From contig CAVSWW010000011.1 in the NCBI GenBank assembly GCA_963731815.1, forward strand, positions 741,603-805,602: a stretch of DNA of 64,000 nt, read 5' to 3'. Under the pieces are notes generated by a model. It searched no databases. It saw only the letters and a program-made list of their open reading frames with translations, and was not told the origin of the DNA. The stretch comes from an uncultured Acidimicrobiia bacterium (GTDB taxonomy: Bacteria > Actinomycetota > Acidimicrobiia > IMCC26256 > PALSA-555). Shown here piece by piece: positions 20,738 through 30,964 of this stretch. The position numbers and the translations under genes were made by a program. Within the stretch, counting starts at the first letter, position 1. Every line of letters begins with the position of its first letter.

Positions 20738-21843
20738 GCACGACCCGGCGACGTGGCACCGCCGTCGCAGCAGCGCTGGTGGCGCTGCTCGCGCTCGCCG
20801 GCACGCCGGCCCACGCGCAGGGCACCGAGCCGCCCGCGCCGGGTGACGTCGGCCCCCGAGAGGCCGAATACCCGGTCGGGAAGCGCACGATCCAGGTCAC
20901 CACGGAGCCGGGCCGCACGCTCGACGCGGACGTCTGGTACCCGGCCAACGAGGAGTCGCTCGTCGCGATCCCGAAGGCGACGTACGCGTTCCCCGGTCTC
21001 TCCTACACGTCGACGGTCGCGTACGACGCGCCGCCCGTGTCGAGCGACGGCCCGTTCCCGCTGATCGTGTACTCGCACGGATCGGGCGGCCAGCGCTACA
21101 TCTCCGCGTTCTTGACCGAGGCGCTTGCCGCGCGCGGCTTCGTCGTCATCGCGGTCGACCACAAGGGCAACACCGCGATCGACGAGTTCGCCGACACGCG
21201 CGCGTCGCGGAAGGAGATCCGTCGCCTGCGACAGGTCGACATCCGCGGCGAGATCGACGCGATGGCCGCGGCGAACGACGACCCCGCGAGCCCGTTCGCG
21301 GGCGCGGTCGACGCGACGAGCGTCGGCCTCGTCGGGCACTCGACCGGTGCGAGCGGCGTGCTGAAGACGGCAGCGAACGACGGCGCCGAGGTGAAGGCCG
21401 TCGTCGGCATGGGCCCCTACGTCAATTCGGTCAGCGACGAGGAGCTCGCGAGCCTGAAGCTCCCGGCGATGCTCGTGAGCGGCACCCGCGACACCACGAC
21501 GCCGATCAAGACGCAGACCGAGCGCGCGTGGACGCGCATCCCCGGCGATCCGCTGTACCGCGTCGACCTGCAGGACGCCGGGCACCAGAGCTTCACCGAC
21601 GTCTGCTACTACCAGGAGCTCGCCGCCGCGAAGCCTGACACCGCGCCGCCGATCGTCGAGGCGATCGACTCCTTTGCCGAGGAGGCGTGCACGCCGAAGC
21701 ACCTCCCGAGCGAGCAGGCGCATCGCCTGATCGATCGCTACATCATCGGGTTCTTCGAGCGGTACGTGGCGGGGGACAAGTCGGCGGACGAGCTGCTCGA
21801 ACCGACACAACCGAAGGTCGTCACCGTTCGTACCAAGGGGTGA
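20734..21843 (+). CDS. Secreted alpha/beta hydrolase (dienelactone hydrolase/PAF-AH-like)
   Basis: Signal peptide; VWYP, YSHGSGG, GHSTG nucleophile elbow, GTRD, AGHQSF. Confidence 0.8.
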   Translation: MSTTRRRGTAVAAALVALLALAGTPAHAQGTEPPAPGDVGPREAEYPVGKRTIQVTTEPGRTLDADVWYPANEESLVAIPKATYAFPGLSYTSTVAYDAPPVSSDGPFPLIVYSHGSGGQRYISAFLTEALAARGFVVIAVDHKGNTAIDEFADTRASRKEIRRLRQVDIRGEIDAMAAANDDPASPFAGAVDATSVGLVGHSTGASGVLKTAANDGAEVKAVVGMGPYVNSVSDEELASLKLPAMLVSGTRDTTTPIKTQTERAWTRIPGDPLYRVDLQDAGHQSFTDVCYYQELAAAKPDTAPPIVEAIDSFAEEACTPKHLPSEQAHRLIDRYIIGFFERYVAGDKSADELLEPTQPKVVTVRTKG

Positions 21844-21869
21844 GCGATCTCAGCAGCTCGAGACCCGGC

Positions 21870-22943
21870 TCACACCGCGCGGGCGAGCCGCACGGCCAGC
21901 ATCCGGGCGATGTTCATCAGCAGCTTCGCGGCGAGCGTCGGGTCGTCGGCGATCATCTGCCGGAGCGTGTGCTCGCTGAGGCTGAGGACGCGCGTGCCGT
22001 CGGCCACCGCGTAGGTGTCGGCCCAGCGGGGCTGCTCGAGCAGGAACGCCATCTCCCCGAACGCGTCACCCTCGCGCAGCACCGCGACCACCTTGTCGCC
22101 GTCGCGCACCTCCAACGTGCCGGCGAGCACCACGAAGATGTTGCGCGCCACGCCGCCCTTCTTCAGCACACGGTCGCCGACCGAGCACTCGATGACGTTG
22201 CTGCGCGCGAGGCAGCGCTCCACCTCGTCGTCGGCGAACCCGTGGAACGCCGAGACGTCCTGGGCCTCGATCTCGTGGAGCGTCGCCCGGATCTGGTCTT
22301 CGTAGTCGGTGGCGCTCGTCATGAGCGGGCTGAGCACCGCGCCGCCGCCGCCCGAGAGCACCTGGGAGACGCAGTCGGGGAGTGTGCCGTCCGCACGGTC
22401 GGCGAGCACGTCGGTGCCCTGGGGGAACAGGATGAGCGGGATGAGGTAGCCGGCCTCGGGGGAGTTGATGTTCTTCTCGGCGTAGGTGCGCCGCCCCTGC
22501 CCGAGGTACAGCGAGAGCAGATGGGGCTCGCAGCAGCTGAACTGGATGCGCACGTCGTTGGCGACGGCGACCTCGTCGCGGACGGCCAGCAGGTCGTCGA
22601 CCAGGCCGGTGCCCCGGAGCCGGGGCGTGACCATGACGCGCTCGCCGATGGCGAGGTGCTCGTGGGGCACCTCGGAGAGGAAGGCGTCGAGGCTGTACTC
22701 GTCGACCTGGCGCTCCGAGAAGCCGCGGGCGCCCCAGCTCAAGCGAGCGGTGCCGACGACGTCGTCGCCCTCCCGTGCGTAGAAGATCCAGCTCGTCTCG
22801 TCCTCGGGCTCGACCAGCCGCCGCCCTTCGTGGTCGGCGGTGTCCTGGTAGCGGCCCATCTCCTCCACGTACACCGAGTACCGGAAGCGGTAGACCGCCT
22901 CCTTCTCCTCTGGTGTCGTGGCCTCACCGACGTCGAACGCCAT
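21870..22943 (-). CDS. GNAT-fold N-acyltransferase (FeeM/LuxI/OlsB-like) fused to C-terminal cNMP-binding domain
   Basis: N-term AVYRFRYSVYVEEMG..D..VVGTARL..ERVMV..LRG; C-term GDAFGEMAFLLEQPRWAD phosphate-binding cassette. Confidence 0.8.
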   Translation of the reverse strand: MAFDVGEATTPEEKEAVYRFRYSVYVEEMGRYQDTADHEGRRLVEPEDETSWIFYAREGDDVVGTARLSWGARGFSERQVDEYSLDAFLSEVPHEHLAIGERVMVTPRLRGTGLVDDLLAVRDEVAVANDVRIQFSCCEPHLLSLYLGQGRRTYAEKNINSPEAGYLIPLILFPQGTDVLADRADGTLPDCVSQVLSGGGGAVLSPLMTSATDYEDQIRATLHEIEAQDVSAFHGFADDEVERCLARSNVIECSVGDRVLKKGGVARNIFVVLAGTLEVRDGDKVVAVLREGDAFGEMAFLLEQPRWADTYAVADGTRVLSLSEHTLRQMIADDPTLAAKLLMNIARMLAVRLARAV

Positions 22944-22989
22944 CGGGTGTTGTCTAGCCGCGCACGACCGGCCGTAGTGTCCGCACTGG

Positions 22990-24516
22990 ATGAGCAGCGG
23001 ACGCGTCGCGATGGGGCTGCTGTTCTTCCCCCGGGGTGGCTCGGCGTACGTGGCGCGCTACCTGTCGATGGCGCTCGCCGAGCAGGGTTGGGACGTCTCG
23101 CTCGCGTGCGGGTCGCTCGGACGCGAGGGCGACGACACGTTCGCACCCGCGTTCTTCGCCGCCACCGAGGTGCACGATCTCGACTACACCGACGCCGTCA
23201 CGGCCTTCCGATCCGGCGCGAGCGCGCTCACCGCGCCGGTCCCGATGCACCCGTCCTACGAGGACCGCGTCGACGCACCTGACGTCGTGTTCGCGTCCGT
23301 CGCGCCCGAGCTCGCGGAGCACCTCTCGTCGGTGTGGGAAGCGCCGTTCGCGGACGCGCATGCCGCGGACGCCGACGTCGCCCACCTGCACCACCTGACG
23401 CCGCAGCTCGACGCGGTCACGCGCCGCTGGCCGAGCCTCCCGGTGGTCGCTCATCTTCATGGCACGGAGCTCAAGTTCCTCGAAGCGATCGAGGCCCGGG
23501 CCACGGTGGCCGCGGCGCTCGGCACGACGCTCGAGGGCATGCCCGAGCTCGCGGGTGAGCGGCGCGAGCTCGAGACGAGGCTCGACGAGCCCATGCGGGA
23601 GCTGGCCCGCGCCACCCGATGGGGCGAGTGGCGCCACGGTGAGTTCTGGGCCGCGCACCTCCGAGACCAGGCACAGCGCGCCGACCAGCTGGTCACGGTC
23701 TCGCCGACCGATCGAGAGACGGCCATCGACCTGCTCGGCATCGGGCCCGAGCGGGTCGTGGCCATCCCCAACGGCGTCGACCTCGACCGCTTCCATCCGC
23801 AGGCGCCCACGCCGGCGCAGCGACGCGCGAGCTTCCGGGAATGGCTGGTCGAGGATCCCCAGGGTTGGCGCGAGGGCAGCGAGCCCGGGACGGTCGCCTA
23901 CCGCGACGGCGACCTCGATCGCTTGCTCGGACCGGACGGGGACGCGACCGTGCTCGTCTACGTCGGGCGGTTCATCGGGGCGAAGCGGATGCCGCTGCTG
24001 ATCCGTGCGTTCGCCCAGGCCCGCGCCCGCTTCGAGCATCCGACCTCCCTGGTGGTGTGGGGCGGGAGCCCGGGCGAGTGGGAGGGCGAGCACCCCGTCA
24101 CCGTCGCCGACGAGGTCGGCGCCGACGGCATCTTCTTCGCGGGATGGCGCGGCCACGACGACCTGCCGCGCGCGCTGGCCGCATGCGACGGGCTCGTCAT
24201 GGCCTCGGTCAACGACGCCTTCCCCCAGGCGCCGCTCGAGGCGATGGCCGTCGGACTGCCGGTGATCGCGACTCGGTCCGGCGGCTTCCCGTCGATCGTC
24301 AACCTCGACCCGGCGCTGCCCACCGGCTGGCTCGTCGCCCCCGACGACGGCGATGCGCTCGCCGAGGTGCTCGTGGAGGCGGTGAACACACCCGGCGAGC
24401 TCCGCACCCGTGGCGCCAACGCCCTTGCCCACGCCCGGGCCGACCTCTCCTGGACCGGCCTGGTTCCTCGGTTCGAGGACGCATATGCCGCGGCCATCGC
24501 GCGCCACGGGCAGTGA
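22990..24516 (+). CDS. Glycosyltransferase family 4
   Basis: PRGGS, HLHH, HGTE, IPNGVD, YVGRF..KR, DAFPQAPLEAMAVGLPVIAT. Confidence 0.85.
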   Translation: MSSGRVAMGLLFFPRGGSAYVARYLSMALAEQGWDVSLACGSLGREGDDTFAPAFFAATEVHDLDYTDAVTAFRSGASALTAPVPMHPSYEDRVDAPDVVFASVAPELAEHLSSVWEAPFADAHAADADVAHLHHLTPQLDAVTRRWPSLPVVAHLHGTELKFLEAIEARATVAAALGTTLEGMPELAGERRELETRLDEPMRELARATRWGEWRHGEFWAAHLRDQAQRADQLVTVSPTDRETAIDLLGIGPERVVAIPNGVDLDRFHPQAPTPAQRRASFREWLVEDPQGWREGSEPGTVAYRDGDLDRLLGPDGDATVLVYVGRFIGAKRMPLLIRAFAQARARFEHPTSLVVWGGSPGEWEGEHPVTVADEVGADGIFFAGWRGHDDLPRALAACDGLVMASVNDAFPQAPLEAMAVGLPVIATRSGGFPSIVNLDPALPTGWLVAPDDGDALAEVLVEAVNTPGELRTRGANALAHARADLSWTGLVPRFEDAYAAAIARHGQ

Positions 24517-24549
24517 CGCCCCCGAGGCGGATCCCCCGTCCGTGGCGGG

Positions 24550-24610
24550 TACACTGTCCGATACCGAGGTCGTGTCAATCGGATCCGTCCCGGTGAATCC
24601 CAAAGGGACG
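24550..24610 (+). promoter_or_regulatory. Putative -10 (TACACT) and structured 5' UTR of cold-shock gene
   Basis: TACACT 24550-24555; CGTCCC (24586-91) can pair with GGGACG (24605-10) covering the SD. Confidence 0.4.
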
Positions 24611-24618
24611 TGAATACG

Positions 24619-24819
24619 TTGGCTACAGGTACCGTCAAGTTTTTCGATGAGCAAAAGGGCTTCGGCTTCATCTCGCGTGAAGAAGGCGATGACGTCTTCA
24701 TCCACTTCTCCGAGATCCAGGGTTCGGGCTTCAAGACCCTCCAGGAGGGTCAGAAGGTGGAGTTCGAAGTGGGCCCCGGGAAGAAGGGCGAGGAAGCCAA
24801 GAACCTGCGAGTCCTCTAG
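24619..24819 (+). CDS. cspA: Cold-shock protein (start TTG 24619 or GTG 24610)
   Basis: TGTVKFF..KGFGFI (RNP1), DVFIHFSEI (RNP2), GFKTL.EGQKVEF. Confidence 0.92.
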   Translation: MATGTVKFFDEQKGFGFISREEGDDVFIHFSEIQGSGFKTLQEGQKVEFEVGPGKKGEEAKNLRVL

Positions 24820-24825
24820 ATCGCA

Positions 24826-25770
<945 letters not shown>

Positions 25771-25890
25771 CCCGTCATACACCCCGGCTGCCACGCGCGG
25801 CCGCTGCCCGCGTTGCGGTGCCCTACGGAGAGGCGGGATGATGCCTGCCGCAGGGGAACTGGGCACCGGCACGTCGAGCAGAGGACAGGG

Positions 25891-27528
25891 ATGACGGACG
25901 CACAAGCACCGAGCGAGCTGCGGTGGGACCCGCCGGGTCCGGGCAACTGGAACAACGACCCGGTGCACTTCCCGCGCCCGGTGACGCGGTACTGGTCGGA
26001 GATGCATCCCGAGCCGTTCCTGCGCGGCACGCGCGACTTCATGGCCTACTACGGCTCGCTCCTCGACGGGCTCGAGTGCAGGTACGTGAACGGCTTCGCG
26101 TACAACCAGATGAAGCCGGTCGACGAGAGCGAGATCCCGCAGCGCTTCGCGCGCGCCGACGAGGTCTTCCCGCAGAAGGTCTGGCGCGCGCAGCTGAAGG
26201 AGTGGGACGAGAAGGCCAAGCCGGCCGCGATGGCGCAGCACCGCGAGATCCAGGCCGTCGATCCCGATGCGCTCTCCGACGACGAGCTGGCCGCCTACCT
26301 CCGGCGGTGCGCCGAGCACCATTCGGCGATGATCACGCAGCACATGCGGTTCACGGCCAGCGCCATCATCCCGACCGGCGACTTCCTCGCGCACGTGGGT
26401 CAGTGGACGGGAAAGTCGCCCGCCGAGCTGCTCGGCCTCATGCGCGGCGCGGCGCCGGTCTCGGCCGGCAGCTCCGACGAGCAGGAAGCGCTCATCGCCG
26501 CGATCGGCAACGACCCGGCCGCACAGAAGCTGCTCGCGTCCGACGACGACCCGGCCGCGGTGTTCGCGGCGCTCCGCGAGCTCCCCGGTGACACCGGGGC
26601 CGCCGTCAACGGGTACCTCGACCTGGTCGGCTACCGCCCGCTCGACGGCTTCGACATCTCCGAAGCGGGCGCGCTCGAGATGCCGGACGCGCTCCTGCGT
26701 GCGATCCGCCGGGCCGCGTCCGGGGAGGGTCGTGCGGAGTCCGACGTCGAGGCTTCGACGGCCGACATCCGCAGCCAGGTCCCCGAAGAGCACCAGGCCG
26801 AGTTCGACGATCTGCTCGGCGAGGCCCGCTTGATGTACCGGCTTCGTGACGAGCGCGGCGTCTACAGCGACGCGTGGGCGTCGGGCCTCATGCGCCGCGC
26901 CGCGCTGTCAGCCGGACGTCGGGTCGCGGAGCGCGGGCGGATCCAGGAGCCCGATCACATGGTCGACGCGTCCCTCGACGAGATGTGCGCGCTCGTCACC
27001 GACTCGGGCGGCCCGTCCGCCGAGGAGCTCGCGGCGCGCGCCCAGTACCGCGCGACGCACACCGCCAAGGACGCACCACCGTTCCTCGGCGACCCGCCGC
27101 AGCCGCCGCCCGACCCTTCGGGCCTCCCGCCCGGCGAGGCCCGCGTCATGACCGCCGTCGGCATCGCGATGGGCTCGCTCTTCGGCAGCTCCGAGGAAGA
27201 GCACACCGAGGACACGCTGCGCGGCCTCGCCGCGAGCCAGGGTGTGTACGAGGGGCCGGCGCGCCTCATCGCCGGTCCGTCCGAGTTCGACCGGATCCAG
27301 CAGGGCGACATCCTCGTGACGCCCGCGACGACCGAGGCGTTCAACATCCTGCTGCCACTGCTCGGCGGGATCGTCACCGACAGCGGCGGGCTGCTCTCGC
27401 ACTCCGCGATCGTCGCCCGGGAGTACGGGATCCCCGGCGTGGTCGGGACGCGCGAGGCGACCGATCGCATCGCCGACGGCGCGCGCCTGCGCGTCGACGG
27501 CACGGCCGGCGAAGTGACGCTGCTCTGA
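25891..27528 (+). CDS. PEP-utilising enzyme: helical acceptor-binding region + swivelling phospho-His domain (phenylphosphate synthase alpha / RPH C-half-like)
   Basis: N-term W..DPVHFPRP; C-term GLAASQG..EGPAR, GDILVT, TDSGGLLSHSAIVAREYGIP, VDGTAG. Confidence 0.82.
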   Translation: MTDAQAPSELRWDPPGPGNWNNDPVHFPRPVTRYWSEMHPEPFLRGTRDFMAYYGSLLDGLECRYVNGFAYNQMKPVDESEIPQRFARADEVFPQKVWRAQLKEWDEKAKPAAMAQHREIQAVDPDALSDDELAAYLRRCAEHHSAMITQHMRFTASAIIPTGDFLAHVGQWTGKSPAELLGLMRGAAPVSAGSSDEQEALIAAIGNDPAAQKLLASDDDPAAVFAALRELPGDTGAAVNGYLDLVGYRPLDGFDISEAGALEMPDALLRAIRRAASGEGRAESDVEASTADIRSQVPEEHQAEFDDLLGEARLMYRLRDERGVYSDAWASGLMRRAALSAGRRVAERGRIQEPDHMVDASLDEMCALVTDSGGPSAEELAARAQYRATHTAKDAPPFLGDPPQPPPDPSGLPPGEARVMTAVGIAMGSLFGSSEEEHTEDTLRGLAASQGVYEGPARLIAGPSEFDRIQQGDILVTPATTEAFNILLPLLGGIVTDSGGLLSHSAIVAREYGIPGVVGTREATDRIADGARLRVDGTAGEVTLL

Positions 27529-29132
27529 TGAGCAACGACGTCGTCCCGCTCCTCGAGGCCGACGACACCAGCGTCTTCGGGTCGAAGGCGGTCGGGCTCG
27601 GCGAGGCGCTGCGCGCCGGTCTCCCCGTCCCGCCCGGTGTCGCGCTCGCCGGACCGGTCGTCGAGGCCGTGGCGGGGGAGGACGAGGCGACGACCGCGCG
27701 GGTGCTGGACGCGATCCGCGACCTCCCGACGCCGCTCGCGGTCCGGTCGTCGGCGGCCGACGAGGACGGCGCCGACGCGAGCTTCGCCGGCCAGCACCTC
27801 ACGCTGCTCAACATCCAGTCGGCCGACGACGTGCCGCAGGCGCTGCGGGAGATCTGGTGGTCGGCCAACTCCGACTCCGCGATCACGTACCGCAAGCGCG
27901 TCGGGCTGTTCACCCGTCCGAGCGTCGGCGTCGTCGTGCAGTCGCTGCTCGACCCCGACGCGGCGGGCGTCATGTTCACCCGCAACCCGGTCACCGGCGC
28001 CGAGGAGCGCGTGATCGAGGCGACGTGGGGACTCGGCGAGGCGGTGGTGCAGGGCCTCGTGATCCCCGACAGCTTCCAGCTCGACCGCGACGGCAACGTG
28101 ATGGTCGCGAGCCCGGGCCGCAAGCAGATCGCGGTCCGCAAGCTCCCCGACGGTGGCACCGTCGAGGAGGACGTGCCCGCCGATCGTGTCGAAGCGCTGT
28201 GCCTCAACGACGACGAGCTGCGGCAGCTCGGCGCGCTCGCGACGAAGGCCGAGGAGATCTACGGCCCCGGCCGCGACATCGAGTGGGCCGTCTGCGACGG
28301 CACGCTCTACCTGCTGCAGTGCCGTGCGGTCACCGCCGGCGCGACGTCGGGTGGCGGCACCAAGAAGGCGCCGCCCGCGCCCGCCCCGGTGGAGAAGGTC
28401 GAGAAGGTGCCGTTCTTCGCCGGCCTCGAGCGGGACGAGCTCGAGCAGGTCGCCGCGCTGTTCAAGGAACGGCGGTTCGCCGCGGGCGAGACGGTCGTCG
28501 TCGAGGGCTCGGCCGGCGCGGCGTTCTTCATCATCGACTCGGGCGACGCGACGGTCACCATTCACGGTGAGGTGTGCGGCACGCTGAGCGACGGTGACCA
28601 TTTCGGCGAGATCGCGCTGATCGACGAGGGGCCGCGCGCGGCGACCGTCACCGCGACCACCGACCTCGTCTGCCACGGCCTCACGTACTGGGAGTTCCAG
28701 CCGCTGGTCGAGCGCAACGGCGTGATCGGCTGGAAGCTCCTGCAGTCGATGGCGAAGATGCTCCGCGACGCCGAGCAGAAGCCCGAAGCCGTCCTAGCGA
28801 TCGCGGTCCTGGTTCGCGAGCACCGCGTCGAGACGGTCCAGCGACTCCGTCCAGCCCTGCTCGTGCAGGGCCCTGCGCGCTGGCGTGGCGAAGAGTCCCT
28901 GTTCGACGGTCAGCTCGGTCGCATCGTCCAGCTCTTGCAGCGAGAACGTGACGAGCGTCTCCCGATCGTCGGGGTCGGGGTCCTCATACCGAAACGTGTA
29001 GACCAAGCGGTCGGGAGGTTCGACCTCACGGAAGCTCCCCGGAGAGAAAGAAACGATCGCCATCGGGTGGTTGCATCTCGATCCGATAGCCACCTCCGAC
29101 GCGCACGTCGAGGTCGATGCTCGGAGCGGTGA
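27528..29132 (+). CDS. PPDK_N ATP-grasp (PEP/pyruvate-binding) subunit fused to a cNMP-binding domain; real end probably about 28797
   Basis: TGATG coupling; GSKA, AVRSSAADED..SFAGQH, AGVMFTRNP, WGLGEAVV, DIEWA..LLQCR; linker; GDHFGEIALIDEGPRAATV; sequence after 28790 is antisense of the next gene. Confidence 0.82.
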   Translation: MSNDVVPLLEADDTSVFGSKAVGLGEALRAGLPVPPGVALAGPVVEAVAGEDEATTARVLDAIRDLPTPLAVRSSAADEDGADASFAGQHLTLLNIQSADDVPQALREIWWSANSDSAITYRKRVGLFTRPSVGVVVQSLLDPDAAGVMFTRNPVTGAEERVIEATWGLGEAVVQGLVIPDSFQLDRDGNVMVASPGRKQIAVRKLPDGGTVEEDVPADRVEALCLNDDELRQLGALATKAEEIYGPGRDIEWAVCDGTLYLLQCRAVTAGATSGGGTKKAPPAPAPVEKVEKVPFFAGLERDELEQVAALFKERRFAAGETVVVEGSAGAAFFIIDSGDATVTIHGEVCGTLSDGDHFGEIALIDEGPRAATVTATTDLVCHGLTYWEFQPLVERNGVIGWKLLQSMAKMLRDAEQKPEAVLAIAVLVREHRVETVQRLRPALLVQGPARWRGEESLFDGQLGRIVQLLQRERDERLPIVGVGVLIPKRVDQAVGRFDLTEAPRRERNDRHRVVASRSDSHLRRARRGRCSER

Positions 29133-29256
29133 ACCCGTTGGGACCCCACCATCGCGCCAGCTGGTCCGGCTCGACATGCATCCGGAACACCAGCGGCCGC
29201 GGCGCGGCCAGGACACGCTGCACACGCAGGAGCAGACCGTCGGAGCGTGCAGCCAC
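28794..29256 (-). CDS. SRPBCC/AHSA1 domain protein; one frameshift near 29040
   Basis: APRPLVF, WWGP.GF, DVRVGGGY, EPPDRLVYTF, HEQGWTESLDRL. Confidence 0.8.
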
Positions 29257-29372
29257 ACTCCTCCCTTCTCGCCGCGTTCCGTGGGTTCCTGTCGCTGGAT
29301 CTGGCAGACGGTACAGCGCGTCGGGTACGAAGTGTCGATGGCAGCTCGGGTGTGCGGCAATGAGGACCCGTA

Positions 29373-30959
29373 GTGCCCGTCGAGGGGTTGGTGCTCGCCG
29401 CTCCTGTCGATCTTCCGCGCCTGCTCGAGCCGTGGGTCGAGGCGACGCCCGACGCGGTCGCCGTCCACGCGCCCGAGGGCCGGTTCACCTGGCGGGAGCT
29501 CGACGACGCGAGCCTGCGGCTCGCGCACGGCTACCGGCAGCTCGGGCTCGTCGCGGGCGATCGCATCGCGTCGCTGATGCCCAACCGCGAGCGCCTGCTC
29601 GTGCACTACCTGGCGTGCTTCCGGTCCGGGCTCGTCGCGACGCCGCTGAACTACCGGTACGCGGTGCCCGAGATCGACCACGCGCTCGAGGTGAGCGGTG
29701 CCGCCGCGATCGTGGCGCACGCGGAGCGCGCGGCCGACATCGCTGCGAGCGTGCACGCGGCGAACCTGCCCGTCGTGACCGCCGAGGGCGCCGGCGACGA
29801 GCCGTCGCTCGAAGGGCTGATGGCGACGGAGCCCGGGTCGGAGTCGGTGGAGCCGGGCGCGCCCGGTGATCCCGCCGCGATCTTCTTCACGTCCGGCAGC
29901 ACGGGACCGGCGAAGGGCGTGACGCACAGCCTCGAGACGTTGGGCTGGGCGATCGCCGCTGCGTCCGCGGCGTTCGAGATGACGCCCGAGGACCGGGTGC
30001 TGCCCGGTTCGTCGATGTCGCACATCGGGTCGTTCATGTGGGCGCTCGCCGCACTGTCCGTAGGCGCGCAGGTGATCGTGACGCACAACTTCGACGCGGG
30101 CAGCATCGTTCCCCTGCTGCGTGAGCACCGCGCCACGGTGATCGCCATGATCCCCGCCGCGCTCACCGCGCTCGTGCGTGACCACGACGTCACCGCCGAC
30201 GACTTCGCGTCGCTGCGCCTGTGCCGGTCCGGCGCCGACCAGGTCCCCGCCGCGCTGCATTCGGAGTTCACCGCGCTCACGGGGCTCCATGTCGACGAGG
30301 GGTACGGGATGACCGAGGTCGGGCTCGCGACGCTGAGTCCGCCGTCGGGGGAGATCCGTGTCGGCTCCATCGGTCGACCGGTGCCCGGCACCGCGATCTC
30401 GGTACGCGACGACGACGACAACGAGCTCGAGCCCGGGACCGTCGGGCGGATCTGGATCCGCACGTCGGGCAGCACCGTCGGGTACTGGGCGAACCCCGAC
30501 GCGACCGGCGAGATCATGCGCGAGGGCTGGCTCGACTCCGGCGACCTCGCGCACGCCGACGACGACGGCTACCTCTGGTTCTTCGGCCGGAAGAAGCAGA
30601 TCATCGTGCACGACGGCTCGAACGTCAGCCCGAGCGAGGTGGAGAGCGCGCTCGACGAGCACCCCGCCGTCGACCTGTCCGGCGTCGTCGGCGTCCACGA
30701 CACCGTGCACGGCGAGAACGTGCGCGCGTACGTGACGATCAAGGCCGATGCGGAGCGCCCGACCGCGCACGAGCTCATCGAGTTCGCGCGGGAGCGCGTC
30801 GGCTACAAGGCGCCCGAAGAGGTGGTGTTCCTCGACGAGATGCCGCTGAACCCCACCGGGAAGGTCGACCGCGTCACGCTCAAGCGCCTCGCCGAGGACC
30901 ACGTGGGCGCGCATCCTCGCGAGCACGAGGCCGATTCGCAGCAGGGGTCGCCCGGCTGA
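29373..30959 (+). CDS. AMP-binding acyl-CoA synthetase (ANL family)
   Basis: FTSGSTGPAKG, EGYGMTE, GWLDSGD, GRKKQII, P.EVE, PTGKVDR. Confidence 0.9.
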   Translation: MPVEGLVLAAPVDLPRLLEPWVEATPDAVAVHAPEGRFTWRELDDASLRLAHGYRQLGLVAGDRIASLMPNRERLLVHYLACFRSGLVATPLNYRYAVPEIDHALEVSGAAAIVAHAERAADIAASVHAANLPVVTAEGAGDEPSLEGLMATEPGSESVEPGAPGDPAAIFFTSGSTGPAKGVTHSLETLGWAIAAASAAFEMTPEDRVLPGSSMSHIGSFMWALAALSVGAQVIVTHNFDAGSIVPLLREHRATVIAMIPAALTALVRDHDVTADDFASLRLCRSGADQVPAALHSEFTALTGLHVDEGYGMTEVGLATLSPPSGEIRVGSIGRPVPGTAISVRDDDDNELEPGTVGRIWIRTSGSTVGYWANPDATGEIMREGWLDSGDLAHADDDGYLWFFGRKKQIIVHDGSNVSPSEVESALDEHPAVDLSGVVGVHDTVHGENVRAYVTIKADAERPTAHELIEFARERVGYKAPEEVVFLDEMPLNPTGKVDRVTLKRLAEDHVGAHPREHEADSQQGSPG

Positions 30960-30964
30960 TCTCC

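Noticed and set aside
25844-25854. CCTGC-C-GCAGG palindrome as a rifamycin-associated element upstream of the RPH-like genes
   Set aside because: Only the central TGCGGCA resembles the 19-bp RAE and the flanks do not match, so rifamycin specificity is unsupported
25891-28797. Ordinary PEP synthase (ppsA) or PPDK
   Set aside because: No C-terminal PEP/pyruvate TIM barrel; domains are split and in reversed order
28798-29132. C-terminal extension of the ATP-grasp-cNMP protein as a third domain
   Set aside because: Exact antisense of the SRPBCC gene; one indel would give TAG at 28795-28797
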